From assembly GCA_963761305.1 (NCBI GenBank), contig CAVXGK010000002.1, forward strand, positions 1,728,001 to 1,792,000: a stretch of DNA of 64,000 nt. The letters are read 5' to 3'. This document shows, one piece after another, positions 41,254 through 51,503 of the stretch. A program made the position numbers and the translations under genes. Under the pieces are notes generated by a model. The model was not told where the DNA came from. It saw only the letters and a list, made by a program, of their open reading frames with translations, and ran no database searches. Source of the stretch: an uncultured Gemmatimonadaceae bacterium. GTDB lineage: Bacteria; Gemmatimonadota; Gemmatimonadetes; Gemmatimonadales; Gemmatimonadaceae. The number at the start of each line of letters is the position of its first letter. The first letter of the stretch is position 1.

Positions 41254-41813
41254 CCGAGTCCGAGCGAGCGACAGAGTCCCACCAGGCGGTTGAGCGCGAG
41301 GCCCATCACCGCGAAGTAGTCGCCGTCGACGCGCGCGACGATCGTCGCGCCGAATCCCTGAATGCCGTACGCGCCTGCCTTGTCCATCGGCTCACCGGTC
41401 TCGATGTAGCGATGAATCTCATCGTCGGTCAGAGGGCGAAACGTCACGCCGACTTCCTCGACCGCCGACGCGATCCGGCCGCCCCACGCGACCGCCACGC
41501 CGGTCATGACGATGTGCGAGCGTCCGCTCAGCCGGCGCAACATTGCCGCGGCCTGGGCGCGGTCGCGCGGCTTGCCGAGGACGTCGCCGTCGATGACGAC
41601 GATTGTGTCGCTGCCGATGACGACGGCGTCGGGACGCGTCAGCGCGCGTGCCTTCTCGCGCGCCAGCCGCTCGGCGTGCGACGCCGGTTGTTCACCGGCG
41701 AGATAGGTCTCGTCGATGTCGGCCGGAATTGCGACGTGCTCGATGCCGACCAGGCGAAGAAGCTCCCGGCGCCGCGGCGACGCGGACGCGAGGATGACCT
41801 GCGGACGATTCAT
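41220..41813 (-). CDS. maf: Maf family nucleoside triphosphate pyrophosphatase
   Basis: ILASASPRRRELL, GSDTIV, LGKP, DKAGAYGIQG. Confidence 0.95.
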   Translation of the reverse strand: MNRPQVILASASPRRRELLRLVGIEHVAIPADIDETYLAGEQPASHAERLAREKARALTRPDAVVIGSDTIVVIDGDVLGKPRDRAQAAAMLRRLSGRSHIVMTGVAVAWGGRIASAVEEVGVTFRPLTDDEIHRYIETGEPMDKAGAYGIQGFGATIVARVDGDYFAVMGLALNRLVGLCRSLGLGYDFGPLTADA

Positions 41814-42247
41814 CGCTCCAGCCACAGCGTGACCGGACCGTCGTTGACGATTTCGACCTGCATGGCCGCGCCGAACTCGCCGGTCTCGACGCGCACGCCG
41901 CGCTGTCGCAGCCCGTCGACGAACCTCTCGTAGAGCGGCTGCGCGTGCTCGGGCCGCGCGGCGTCGACGAAGCTTGGCCGGCGGCCCTTCACCGCGTCGC
42001 CGTACAGCGTGAACTGCGAGACGACCAGCATCGCCCCGCCGACGTCCACGATCGAACAGCTCATCTTGCCGTCGGCGTCGGCGAACACGCGGAGGCCGAC
42101 CAGCTTCTCGGCCATCCACTCGACGTGCTCGAGCGCATCCGTGTGCGTGAAGCCGACGAGGATGGCGAAACCGCGGTCGATCGCGCCGACGACGCGTTCG
42201 CCGACGCGCACGCCGGCGCGCGTCACGCGTTGAACGAGAACTCTCAC
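41810..42247 (-). CDS. dtd: D-aminoacyl-tRNA deacylase
   Basis: LVQRV, VVSQFTL, GRRPSF, NDGPVT. Confidence 0.95.
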   Translation of the reverse strand: MRVLVQRVTRAGVRVGERVVGAIDRGFAILVGFTHTDALEHVEWMAEKLVGLRVFADADGKMSCSIVDVGGAMLVVSQFTLYGDAVKGRRPSFVDAARPEHAQPLYERFVDGLRQRGVRVETGEFGAAMQVEIVNDGPVTLWLER

Positions 42248-42314
42248 GATGGGGAGGGCATGTCGACGCAAGAAGCTAGCGTCGGCGGGCCCTCACCGCT
42301 CGTGAGCGTTTCCG

Positions 42315-42887
42315 TCACGCCGCGACGCTGAGCGATTCCGACTTGTGGAAGATCTCGACGTCGATCGTCATCTTCACTTCGGCGCCGACGGCCACGCCGC
42401 CGGCTTCCAGCGCCTGGTTCCAGTGCAGGCCGAAGTCGTGGCGATTCAACGAGCCGGTCAGGCTGAAGCCGGCGCGCTCGTTGCCCCAAGGATCCTTCCC
42501 ACGCCCCTCGAGGTGCGCCTGTAGCTCGATCTCGTGCGTCGTGCCGCGGATGGTGAGATCGCCAATCACGCGGAATTCCTTCGTCACGTCGCCGACGATC
42601 CGCTTGCTGACGAAGTGCATCGTCGGATGATTCGCGGCGTCGAAGAAATCGGCGGAACGAAGATGGTTGTCGCGCATCTCCTGGCGTGTGTCGATCGAGT
42701 TGACGTCGATCGTCACGTCGATCTGCGAGTTGTTCAGGTTCTCGTTGTCGGTCGTGACCGTGCCTTCGAGTTTGCCGAAGCGGCCGCGAACGTTGCTGAT
42801 CATCAGGTGCCGCACGGAGAACGCGAGTTCGGCGTGGGCGGCATCGACGGTCCAAACGGTGGTCTCAGTAGTCTGGGTCTGGGTCAT
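42315..42887 (-). CDS. YceI family protein
   Basis: WTVDAAH, FSVRHLMIS, RDNHLRSADFFD, GDLTIRG, KDPWG. Confidence 0.93.
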   Translation of the reverse strand: MTQTQTTETTVWTVDAAHAELAFSVRHLMISNVRGRFGKLEGTVTTDNENLNNSQIDVTIDVNSIDTRQEMRDNHLRSADFFDAANHPTMHFVSKRIVGDVTKEFRVIGDLTIRGTTHEIELQAHLEGRGKDPWGNERAGFSLTGSLNRHDFGLHWNQALEAGGVAVGAEVKMTIDVEIFHKSESLSVAA

Positions 42888-42988
42888 TGGAGGATTCCAG
42901 TGGTGTTGCCAGAGATCGACCGGCGTCGGTCATCTCTGAATGATTCGTACATCGAAAGTCCATACATGTACTTCATACGCAAACAAAC

Positions 42989-43414
42989 TCAACGGAGGGC
43001 CATCAACATCCGCCGCAAAGCGGCACCATCGGTTTCCGAGACCAGCGCCGCCAACTCCCGGTCGAGTTTTTCAACTCTCTCGGCGCCATCAGCTTGCCGT
43101 TTCTGGCCTTCCGAGGTGATCTCGGCTTTCACCGAGCGCCTGTCCGTGGGACACGCGACTCGGCGAACCAGACCATCAGCCTCGAGGCGGTCCACCAGCT
43201 GGGTCATGTTCGATCGAACACAGCTCAGCCGCGCAGCAAGCTCGCTCAGAGGCAGCGGCTCGCCGGACCGGACCAACTCACTGAGAACGGAGTACTTGGC
43301 GCCAGACAGGCCGGCCTGATCCAACACGGACTCGAGTTTTGCCTCGAGCGCGTGCGCCATCTCGAGAATCGCTGTGAGATGGGTGGCAGGCTGGGTGGCG
43401 ATAGTGTCGTTCAC
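42989..43414 (-). CDS. MarR family transcriptional regulator
   Basis: LSELAARL, NMTQLVDRLEADGLVRR, DRRS, ITSEG. Confidence 0.9.
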   Translation of the reverse strand: MNDTIATQPATHLTAILEMAHALEAKLESVLDQAGLSGAKYSVLSELVRSGEPLPLSELAARLSCVRSNMTQLVDRLEADGLVRRVACPTDRRSVKAEITSEGQKRQADGAERVEKLDRELAALVSETDGAALRRMLMALR

Positions 43415-43474
43415 GCATGAATGGTACAGGCAGAAACGACGGATGTCAAGCCCTTTCCCGGGAGGCCCCGACGA

Positions 43475-45304
43475 TCACTCCACCGTGACGGACTTCGCCA
43501 GGTTTCTGGGCTGATCCACGTTGAGCCCGCGCTTCACCGCGATGTAGTACGCAAGCAGTTGAAGCGGGATCACCGTCAGGACCGGGTAGAGCATGTCGAT
43601 CGTCTGCGGGACGCGGATCTCGTGGTCGATCATGCCCTCGAGCACGGGCTCGGTCTGGCTCGTGATGCAGATGACCTTTCCGCCGCGCGCTTTCACTTCC
43701 TGGATGTTCGACACGACCTTCTCGAACACCGCGTCGTGCGGCGCGACGAACACTACCGGCATTTCAGAGTCGATCAGCGCGATCGGACCGTGCTTCATCT
43801 CCGCCGCGGGATATCCCTCGGCGTGGATGTAACTGATTTCTTTGAGTTTGAGCGCCCCTTCGAGGGCCACCGGGAAGTTGTAGCCGCGGCCGAGGTACAA
43901 GAAGTTCGTGGCGTTCTTGAACCGCTCGGCGAGCGCCTCGATCTCCGGCGCCCGGTCGAGAATCGACTGAATCTGCTCCGGCAGAGCGAGCATCGCTTGC
44001 GCCAGTTCCTTGCCGGCGACGAGCGACATCGTTCGCAGGCGCGCCAGCTTGAGCGTGAGCAGGGCGAGCGCGATGACCTGGCTGGTGAACGCCTTGGTCG
44101 ACGCGACGCCGATCTCTGGTCCGGCGTGGAGATAGATGCCGCCGTTGTCCTCGCGGGCGATCGTCGAGCCGACGACGTTGACGAGACCGAGCGTCTTTGC
44201 GCCGCGGCGCTTCGCCTCGCGCATCGCGGCGAGCGTGTCGGCCGTCTCACCCGATTGCGAGATCACGACGCACAGCGTCTTGTCGTCGACGATCGGGTTG
44301 CGGTAGCGGAACTCCGACGCGTACTCGACTTCCGCGTGAGTGCGCGCCAGCTCCTCGATGTACATGCCGCCGATCAAACCAGAATGCCAGCTGGTGCCGC
44401 ACGCCGTGATCACGACTTGATTGATCGACTGGAGCTCGTCGCGGCTCAGATTCAGACCGCCGAGCTTGGAAAAGCCTTCTTCGACGACGAGGCGGCCGCG
44501 CATCGTGTTCTGAATCGTCTGCGGCTGCTCGAAGATTTCCTTGAGCATGAAGTGATCGAAACCGCCCTTCTCGATCTCGTCGAGCGACCAGTCGATGCGG
44601 CTCACGCCCTTCGACACGCGGCGCGCGTTGAGGTCGAGGACCTCGTAGCCGTCCTTCGTCAACACGCCCATCTCGCCATCGTCGAGATAGACGACCTGGC
44701 GCGTGTGCTTGAGGATCGCCGCGACGTCGCTCGCCACGTAGTTCTCGCCGTCGCCAAGTCCGATGAGCAGCGGGCTGCCCTGTCGCGCGCAGACGATCTT
44801 GCCCGGCTCCTTGCTCGACAGCACCGCGATGCCGTAGGTGCCCTCGACGAGATTGAGGGCGTCGATGACCGCGTCTTCGAGCGGCTCGTCGGCGTACGCG
44901 GCTTCGATCAGATGCGCCAGGACTTCCGTGTCCGTCTCCGACTTGAACGTGTGTCCCTGCATCTGCAGCATTTTCCGCAGGGCGCTGAAGTTCTCGATGA
45001 TGCCGTTGTGGACGACGGCGATCGTGTTCGTGCAGTCGATCTGCGGGTGCGCGTTGCCGACGCTCGGCGCGCCGTGCGTGGCCCAGCGGGTGTGCGCGAT
45101 GCCGACAGTCCCGTGGATCGGGTTCGTGCTCAGCACCGACTCGAGCATCGAGATCTTGCCTTTCGCCTTGCGCGTCTCGAGGCCGTTGCCGTTGCTCATC
45201 GCGATCCCGGCCGAGTCGTAGCCGCGATACTCGAGGCGCTTGAGCCCCTCGATCAGCACCGTTCCCGCGCTACGCGACCCGACGTATCCAACTATTCCGC
45301 ACAT
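43475..45304 (-). CDS. glmS: Glutamine--fructose-6-phosphate aminotransferase
   Basis: MCGIVG, HTRWATHG, SQSGET, C-terminal LAKSVTVE. Confidence 0.98.
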   Translation of the reverse strand: MCGIVGYVGSRSAGTVLIEGLKRLEYRGYDSAGIAMSNGNGLETRKAKGKISMLESVLSTNPIHGTVGIAHTRWATHGAPSVGNAHPQIDCTNTIAVVHNGIIENFSALRKMLQMQGHTFKSETDTEVLAHLIEAAYADEPLEDAVIDALNLVEGTYGIAVLSSKEPGKIVCARQGSPLLIGLGDGENYVASDVAAILKHTRQVVYLDDGEMGVLTKDGYEVLDLNARRVSKGVSRIDWSLDEIEKGGFDHFMLKEIFEQPQTIQNTMRGRLVVEEGFSKLGGLNLSRDELQSINQVVITACGTSWHSGLIGGMYIEELARTHAEVEYASEFRYRNPIVDDKTLCVVISQSGETADTLAAMREAKRRGAKTLGLVNVVGSTIAREDNGGIYLHAGPEIGVASTKAFTSQVIALALLTLKLARLRTMSLVAGKELAQAMLALPEQIQSILDRAPEIEALAERFKNATNFLYLGRGYNFPVALEGALKLKEISYIHAEGYPAAEMKHGPIALIDSEMPVVFVAPHDAVFEKVVSNIQEVKARGGKVICITSQTEPVLEGMIDHEIRVPQTIDMLYPVLTVIPLQLLAYYIAVKRGLNVDQPRNLAKSVTVE

Positions 45305-45319
45305 GACTTGCGATCCTGT

Positions 45320-46708
45320 TCAATGTTGAGCAGCGAGCGCGTCGAGCGGCGCGCGGGACCGACGAACCAACTCTCGAGCAGCCGCGTCGGTCGGCGCCTC
45401 GGCTATCACACGTACGATGGGCTCGGTGCCGGACGGTCGAACGTGCACCCACCGATCGCTCCAAGCGAGTCTGAGCCCATCCTGCGCGTCGGCGTCGGCA
45501 TCCGGGAACGCGGCGCGCAGCGCTTCATACACCGCGCCCAGCGGAGCGGCCGGCCGGTCGAGCTTGTCCTTTACGATCACGTACTTGGGAAGTCCCGCGA
45601 CGATCTCGGACAGAGAGCGATTCTCCTCGTGAAGCAGTTGCAGAATGAGCGCCGCGCCCACCGGCGCATCCCGTCCAAGATGCAGCTCGGACAGAATCAC
45701 GCCACCGTTGCCCTCGCCGCCGACAGGGGCCTGTTCGTCGCGCATCCGCACCGCGACGTTCACCTCGCCGACCGGCGACCTCACGATGGGAACCCCAGCC
45801 GCCACCGCCACATCCTCGACGATTCGACTGGTGGAAAGATTCGTTACAACCACGCCGCGCCGGTGCCGCAGGACGAGGCGGGCCGCCAGCGCGAGCGTGA
45901 AGTCCTCGCCGATCGCCTTCCCTTCATTTGAGACCAAGGCGAGCCGGTCGACGTCGGGATCTACGGCGAGCCCGATCGCCGCGCCGGCCTGAAGCACGAG
46001 TCGTTCCAAGTCGCCAAGATTCTCGGGCACCGGTTCGGGTGGGCGAGGAAACCGACCATCGGCCTCGGCGTTGATCGTCGTCACGTGGCAGCCGAGTCGC
46101 TCGAGCAACTCGGGCATGATCGCGCTCCCGGCGCCGCGCACGCAGTCGAGTGCAACGGCGAAGTGCCGGCCGCGAATTCCCTCGACGTCGAGATACGGTA
46201 TCGCAAGGACACGATCGATGTGTCGCGCAATCGCACGGTCGTCGATCTCGATGGTCCCGAGGCGATCCCACGTCGCGCGCGGGATGGTGCCGTCGATGAG
46301 GGCCCGCATCTCCGTTCCCTGGGACGCCTCGAGAAAAAGCCCCGTCGGCCCGATGAACTTGAGCGCGTTCCACTCGATGGGATTGTGGCTCGCCGAGATC
46401 ATGAGCCCGCCGGCCGCGTGGTGATACTCCACGGCGAGCTGGCAGGTCGGGGTGGTCGTGAGCCCGATGTCGATGATGTCGCAGCCGACCGACTGCAGCG
46501 CGGACAGCGCAACGCGATGGAACATCGGGCCGGAGACGCGGCTGTCGCGGCCGACGACGATGCGGGCTTTTCCGTCGCGAGTTCGGGCCTGATGCGCCGA
46601 CCACGCGCCAAAAGCCGCCGCGTATTGCGCGACGACCTCCGGGGTGAGCGCTTCGCCTACGCGCCCACGAATGCCCGATACGCTGACCATCAATCCGTCG
46701 GTCGACAT
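45320..46708 (-). CDS. glmM: Phosphohexomutase (probable phosphoglucosamine mutase)
   Basis: SASHNP, DPDVDR, GEGNGG, VRPSGTEP; directly upstream of glmS. Substrate inferred from context. Confidence 0.75.
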   Translation of the reverse strand: MSTDGLMVSVSGIRGRVGEALTPEVVAQYAAAFGAWSAHQARTRDGKARIVVGRDSRVSGPMFHRVALSALQSVGCDIIDIGLTTTPTCQLAVEYHHAAGGLMISASHNPIEWNALKFIGPTGLFLEASQGTEMRALIDGTIPRATWDRLGTIEIDDRAIARHIDRVLAIPYLDVEGIRGRHFAVALDCVRGAGSAIMPELLERLGCHVTTINAEADGRFPRPPEPVPENLGDLERLVLQAGAAIGLAVDPDVDRLALVSNEGKAIGEDFTLALAARLVLRHRRGVVVTNLSTSRIVEDVAVAAGVPIVRSPVGEVNVAVRMRDEQAPVGGEGNGGVILSELHLGRDAPVGAALILQLLHEENRSLSEIVAGLPKYVIVKDKLDRPAAPLGAVYEALRAAFPDADADAQDGLRLAWSDRWVHVRPSGTEPIVRVIAEAPTDAAARELVRRSRAPLDALAAQH

Positions 46709-46778
46709 CGGCCGAAAACTAGTCGTCGTGGGGAAGCAGGCGATGCAGCCGCCGAGGCTCGATGCGCCCCGCGATGCA

Positions 46779-47861
46779 TCAACGGGCGGCGATCAGCGGG
46801 CTGGTGAGGGCGGTTTTGGGAAGCAACTGCAGGTCGCCGGCGGCAACGGCGCGCGTGAGCGCCTCGGTCACGTCGGGGTCGAACTGCGTGAGCGCGTTCC
46901 GGCGAATCTCGTCGAGCGCCATGCGAAGCGACATCTCGCTCGGGCGGTACGGGCGATCGCTGGTCATCGCGTCGAGCGCGTCGGCCGCGGCGACGATCCG
47001 CGCCTCGAGCGGGATCGCGTTCCCGTGCAGCCCGTCGGGAATGCCGAGCCCGTCGAATCGTTCGTGGTGCGACCGCACGATGTTGAGCGCGCACGGCCGG
47101 TCGCCGAGGAGCGGCGCGAGAATGCGCCACCCCAGCACCGGGTGAGTCATGATGTGCTCGTACTCTTCGGCGGTCAGCCGCTCGGCCTTGTTCAGCACGG
47201 TCTCGCGCACGCCGATCTTGCCGATGTCGTGGACGTGTCCGCCGAGCTCCACCTGTCGAAGCATGTCGCCGCCCAAACCTATCGCGCGGGCGATCGCGCT
47301 CGAGTACTGACTCACCCGAATCGAGTGTCCGCGGGTGTACGGATCCTTGAGCTCGAGCGCTTCAGCGAGCGATTGGATGCTGGCGAGGAAGAGCTCCTCG
47401 TTCTTGCGCGCCTGTTCTTTGACGCGATCCTCGAGGCGTTCGCGGTAGGCGCGATTCTCGAGCAGCAGACGGCGCTTGTCGAGAGCCTGCGCCACACGGG
47501 CACGCACATCCTCGAGCTGATACGGCTTGATCACGTAGTCGGCCGCGCCGCCGGCGAGACAATTCACGGCGACCTCGACGTCGGCGACCGCGGTGATCAA
47601 CACGACGGCGAGATCGGGGTGTCGCTTGCGCGATTCGCGGAGCAGCTCGAAGCCGTCCATCTTGGGCATGCGCAGATCGCTCAGCATGAGCGACACTGCC
47701 TGGCGCTCGAGCTGCTCGAGTGCCTCGATGCCGTTGGCTGCTTCGATGCACTGAAAGCCGTCGCCGCGCATCAGGTGGACCATCGCCTGGCGCAAACGCG
47801 GCTCATCGTCGACGATCAGACAGCAGGGTGAGGCGAGTGACTCGTGCGGTCGTGCGATCAT
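46779..47861 (-). CDS. Response regulator with HD-GYP phosphodiesterase domain
   Basis: REC (VDDE, DLRMP, KP); TRGHS, HDIGK, HHERFDGLGIP, ADALDAMTSDRPYR. Confidence 0.92.
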   Translation of the reverse strand: MIARPHESLASPCCLIVDDEPRLRQAMVHLMRGDGFQCIEAANGIEALEQLERQAVSLMLSDLRMPKMDGFELLRESRKRHPDLAVVLITAVADVEVAVNCLAGGAADYVIKPYQLEDVRARVAQALDKRRLLLENRAYRERLEDRVKEQARKNEELFLASIQSLAEALELKDPYTRGHSIRVSQYSSAIARAIGLGGDMLRQVELGGHVHDIGKIGVRETVLNKAERLTAEEYEHIMTHPVLGWRILAPLLGDRPCALNIVRSHHERFDGLGIPDGLHGNAIPLEARIVAAADALDAMTSDRPYRPSEMSLRMALDEIRRNALTQFDPDVTEALTRAVAAGDLQLLPKTALTSPLIAAR

Positions 47862-47934
47862 CGAATGGGGTTCGGTTTCGTCAGACGGCCATCACGGGTT
47901 AACTTCTACGCATGGCACAGGATAGAGTATCGGC

Positions 47935-49173
47935 ATGACACGCGTCTTTGATGACGACCTCGCGCCAGGCTTTGGCACCCGCGCGATCCACGCCGGACAG
48001 CGCCCCGACCCCCTCGCCGGGGCCATCATGACTCCGGTGTACCTGACGTCGACCTACGTCCAAGAGGGGTTGGGTCAGAACAAGGGCTACGAGTACGCCC
48101 GCGGAAAAAACCCCACCCGCGAGGCGTTCGAGCGGAATGTCGCCGCGCTGGAGAACGGCCGACACGGATTCGCATTCTCGAGCGGCATGGGCTGCCTCGA
48201 CTCGATCATGAAGCTGTTCAAGGCAGGCGACCACGTCGTGTGCGCCGAGAACGTGTACGGCGGCACCTTCCGTCTGTTCGACGAGATCCTTCAGAACTTC
48301 TCGCTGACTTTTGCATACATCGACACGCGCGATCCGCAGCGCGTCGCCGACGCGATGCGACCCGAAACGCGACTCGTGCTCGTCGAGACGCCGAGCAACC
48401 CGCTGATGCGTCTCACCGACATCGCGGCGGTGGCGGAGATCGCGCATCGCGGCCGCGCGCTGCTCGTCGTCGACAACACGTTCGCGTCGCCCTATTTCCA
48501 GCGGCCGCTCGAGCTGGGCGCGGACGTCGTCTATCATTCGACCACCAAATACCTCAACGGCCACAGCGACATGATCGGTGGGTGCGCCGTGACGCGCGAC
48601 GACGATTTGGCCACGCGGCTGCAGTTCATCCACAACGCGGCGGGCGCGGTCGCCGGCCCGTTCGACGCCTGGCTCGCGCTGCGCGGCACGAAGACGCTGC
48701 ACCTTCGCATGCGCCAGCACGACGCCAACGGACGTGAGATCGCCAAGTGGCTGGTCGAGCGCGTGGGTGCCGAGAACGTGTATTACATCGGCCTGCCGAC
48801 GCATCCGCAGCACGAGTTGGCCAAGCGACAAATGTCCGGGTTCGGTGGGATGATCAGCGTCGAGCTGGGGACGAAGGAGCGCGCGGCGCACGTACTCGGA
48901 CGGGTTCGCGTCTTCGCACTCGCCGAGTCGCTGGGTGGCGTCGAGTCGCTGATCAGCCAACCCGCGGGAATGACCCACGCGTCGGTCCCACCGGATCGTC
49001 GCGCGGCCATGGGCCTCAGCGACGGCCTGGTCCGGCTGTCGTGCGGGGTGGAAGACGTGGGCGACCTGCTGGCCGACCTCGGACAGGCGTTCGAAGGGAT
49101 TCCCGAACGCGCCGGGCGGGAACCCGCGCGAGTAACTCGAGCGCGCGACACAATCGGCAGCGGGGCACCGTAG
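47935..49173 (+). CDS. PLP-dependent transsulfuration enzyme (cystathionine gamma-synthase/lyase family)
   Basis: YARGKNPT, ETPSNP, VDNTF, HSTTKYLNGHSD, SLGGVESL. Confidence 0.92.
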   Translation: MTRVFDDDLAPGFGTRAIHAGQRPDPLAGAIMTPVYLTSTYVQEGLGQNKGYEYARGKNPTREAFERNVAALENGRHGFAFSSGMGCLDSIMKLFKAGDHVVCAENVYGGTFRLFDEILQNFSLTFAYIDTRDPQRVADAMRPETRLVLVETPSNPLMRLTDIAAVAEIAHRGRALLVVDNTFASPYFQRPLELGADVVYHSTTKYLNGHSDMIGGCAVTRDDDLATRLQFIHNAAGAVAGPFDAWLALRGTKTLHLRMRQHDANGREIAKWLVERVGAENVYYIGLPTHPQHELAKRQMSGFGGMISVELGTKERAAHVLGRVRVFALAESLGGVESLISQPAGMTHASVPPDRRAAMGLSDGLVRLSCGVEDVGDLLADLGQAFEGIPERAGREPARVTRARDTIGSGAP

Positions 49174-49224
49174 GGCTCGAGGCGAATCCCGCCCACACAC
49201 AGCGACCCTCATCCAAACTTCGCC

Positions 49225-50199
49225 ATGGCAAACCGCGTCCAGCTCGTTCAGATCTCGTCCCGCGCGTGGGAACACCCGGCCGACCGCGCCGCGCTCAACA
49301 CGCTCCGCGCGATTCCCGGTTTCGACGAGGTGGTGAGAAAGGTCGCCGGATTTTTCGGGGAACGCGGAATTCGCCAGCTGTTCCTCGGCGACGCGGTGCA
49401 GGTGACCGCCGGTCAACGCCCGCAGCTCAACGCGCTGTGGACCGAGGTGCTCGAGACGCTCGATTGGCCCGAACGCCCGGAGCTCTACGTGACCCAGACG
49501 CCGATCGCGAACGCAATGGCGGTGGGATTCGACAAGCCGTTCGTCGTGATGAACTCCGGCCTGCTCGAGATCCTCGACGAAGACGAGATCCGCTCGATCC
49601 TCGGCCACGAGCTCGGCCACATCATGAGCGGACACCCGACGTACACGACGATCGCGGTGATCCTCATGTATTTCGGCGTGAGCAACCTGCCCTTCCTCGC
49701 CGCCGCCGCGCTGCTGCCCTTCCAGCTCGCGCTGCTCGAGTGGAGCCGCAAGAGCGAGTTCTCTTCGGACCGCGCCGGTCTGCTCGCCGTGCAGGACCTG
49801 AACACGGTGATGGGCGCCGAGATGAAGCTGGCCGGCGGCAAGCCGTACGGCGATCAGCTGCGCGTCGAAGAGTTCATCCGTCAGGCCGAGCAGTACGAGA
49901 CGGGCGGCGACGCGTGGGACACTGTTCTGAAGATTCTCAACACCGTGATGCGCACGCACCCGATGCACACCGTGCGCGCGGCCGAGTTGCTTCGCTGGCA
50001 GCGCGCGGGCGGCTTCGACAAGATCATCGCGGGCGACTACGTGCGTCGCGGCAACGGCGACAAGGATCAGCCGCTCGGCAACGACTACGCCGACGCCGCC
50101 GGCTACTACGGCGAGAAGACGCGCGAGACGGTCAACCAGTTCAAGGAAGGGCTCGGCCGCGCGCGCGATGCGGTGAGCTCGGCGTGGCGGAATCGCTGA
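49225..50199 (+). CDS. M48 family metallopeptidase
   Basis: WEHPADR, NAMAVG, HELGH (HEXXH), EFSSDRAG, THP. Confidence 0.88.
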   Translation: MANRVQLVQISSRAWEHPADRAALNTLRAIPGFDEVVRKVAGFFGERGIRQLFLGDAVQVTAGQRPQLNALWTEVLETLDWPERPELYVTQTPIANAMAVGFDKPFVVMNSGLLEILDEDEIRSILGHELGHIMSGHPTYTTIAVILMYFGVSNLPFLAAAALLPFQLALLEWSRKSEFSSDRAGLLAVQDLNTVMGAEMKLAGGKPYGDQLRVEEFIRQAEQYETGGDAWDTVLKILNTVMRTHPMHTVRAAELLRWQRAGGFDKIIAGDYVRRGNGDKDQPLGNDYADAAGYYGEKTRETVNQFKEGLGRARDAVSSAWRNR

Positions 50200-51503
50200 C
50201 GGTTCTCATCGTCGGTGGCGGCGGGCGCGAACACGCGCTCGCCTGGCGCATGCATCAGGAAAATCCGTCAGCTCGCATTCTCGCCGCGCCCGGCAATCCG
50301 GGCATCGCCGAGCTGGCTACGTGTGTGCCCGTCCGCGCGAAGGACTTCGCGGGGCTCGCCGCGCTGGCGAGACAGGAAGGCGTCGACTGGACGCTCGTTG
50401 GTCCCGAGGCTCCGCTCGCGGCCGGACTCGCCGACGCGTTTCGCGCCGAGTCGCTGCCGATCTTCGGACCCACGCGAGCCGCCGCGGCGATCGAATCGTC
50501 CAAGGCGTTCGCGAAAGAGGTCATGGTCGAAGCGAACGTTCCGACGGCGCGTGCGCGGACGTGTCGATCGATCGCGGTCGCCGAACGGGCGATCGACGAG
50601 CTGGCCGATGACGCCGGCCGCGTCGTCGTCAAAGCATCGGGACTCGCCGCTGGCAAAGGCGTGATCGTGGCCCCGAGTCGCGCGGCCGCGCGGCAGGCGG
50701 CGGCCGCCATGCTGTCCGACCGCACGTTCGGAGACGCGGGCGATACGGTGCTGGTCGAGGAGTTCATGGACGGTGAGGAGCTGTCGCTTTTCGCGATCAC
50801 CGACGGCGAGCGCGTGATCACGCTTCCAGCGTCGCAGGATCACAAGCGCCTGCGAGACGGCGACCGCGGTCCGAACACCGGCGGAATGGGCGCGTATTCC
50901 CCTGTCTCTATCGCCGACGCACCGGGGTTCAACGATGACGTCGTCGAGCGGATCGTTCGACCGACGCTGGCTACGCTGGCTGAACGCGGGGCAACGTTCA
51001 CCGGATTGCTGTACGTCGGTCTCATGGTGACCGCGTCGGGTCCGAAGGTCGTCGAATTCAATTGCCGGTTCGGCGATCCTGAAACCGAGGCCGTGCTGCC
51101 GGCACTCGGCCCCGAGGCTCGCGTGTTCGACGCGATGGCCACCGTCGCGCGCGGCGGCCGGCTGTCCGAAGAGTTTGCGATTCCGGCTGAACGCGCCGCG
51201 GTCACGACGGTCGTCGCCGCCGCGGGTTATCCGGAGAAGCCGCGCACCGGCGACCCGATCCGATTTCCAGCGTCCGCGCCCGACGTGCTCGTGTTTCACG
51301 CCGGCACGGCGCTGGGCGCGAGCGGGGCGGTCGAGACGTCGGGCGGTCGCGTGCTGGCGGTGACCGGCGTGGGCGCGTCGCTCGAGGGCGCGCGGGCGCG
51401 CAGCCAGGAAGCGGCTCGCGCGATCGAATTCGCGGGCAAGCAGTACCGCTCGGACATCGCATGGCGCGAACTTTCGCGCCGTGCCCGAGCTTCCCGAGAC
51501 TGA
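50184..51503 (+). CDS. purD: Phosphoribosylamine--glycine ligase
   Basis: GGGGREHA, GPEAPL, GLAAGKGV, QDHKR, NTGGMG, EFNCRFGDPE. GTG start approximate. Confidence 0.96.
   Translation: MAESLTVLIVGGGGREHALAWRMHQENPSARILAAPGNPGIAELATCVPVRAKDFAGLAALARQEGVDWTLVGPEAPLAAGLADAFRAESLPIFGPTRAAAAIESSKAFAKEVMVEANVPTARARTCRSIAVAERAIDELADDAGRVVVKASGLAAGKGVIVAPSRAAARQAAAAMLSDRTFGDAGDTVLVEEFMDGEELSLFAITDGERVITLPASQDHKRLRDGDRGPNTGGMGAYSPVSIADAPGFNDDVVERIVRPTLATLAERGATFTGLLYVGLMVTASGPKVVEFNCRFGDPETEAVLPALGPEARVFDAMATVARGGRLSEEFAIPAERAAVTTVVAAAGYPEKPRTGDPIRFPASAPDVLVFHAGTALGASGAVETSGGRVLAVTGVGASLEGARARSQEAARAIEFAGKQYRSDIAWRELSRRARASRD

Noticed and set aside
45305..45319. glmS ribozyme
   Set aside because: Only 15 bp separate the mutase stop from the glmS start; no room for it.
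48747..50183. Apparent long N-terminal extensions of purD (also ubiX, Mrp, trpE and the bactofilin-like gene)
   Set aside because: Off-frame read-through across neighbouring genes; family motifs begin at the downstream starts.
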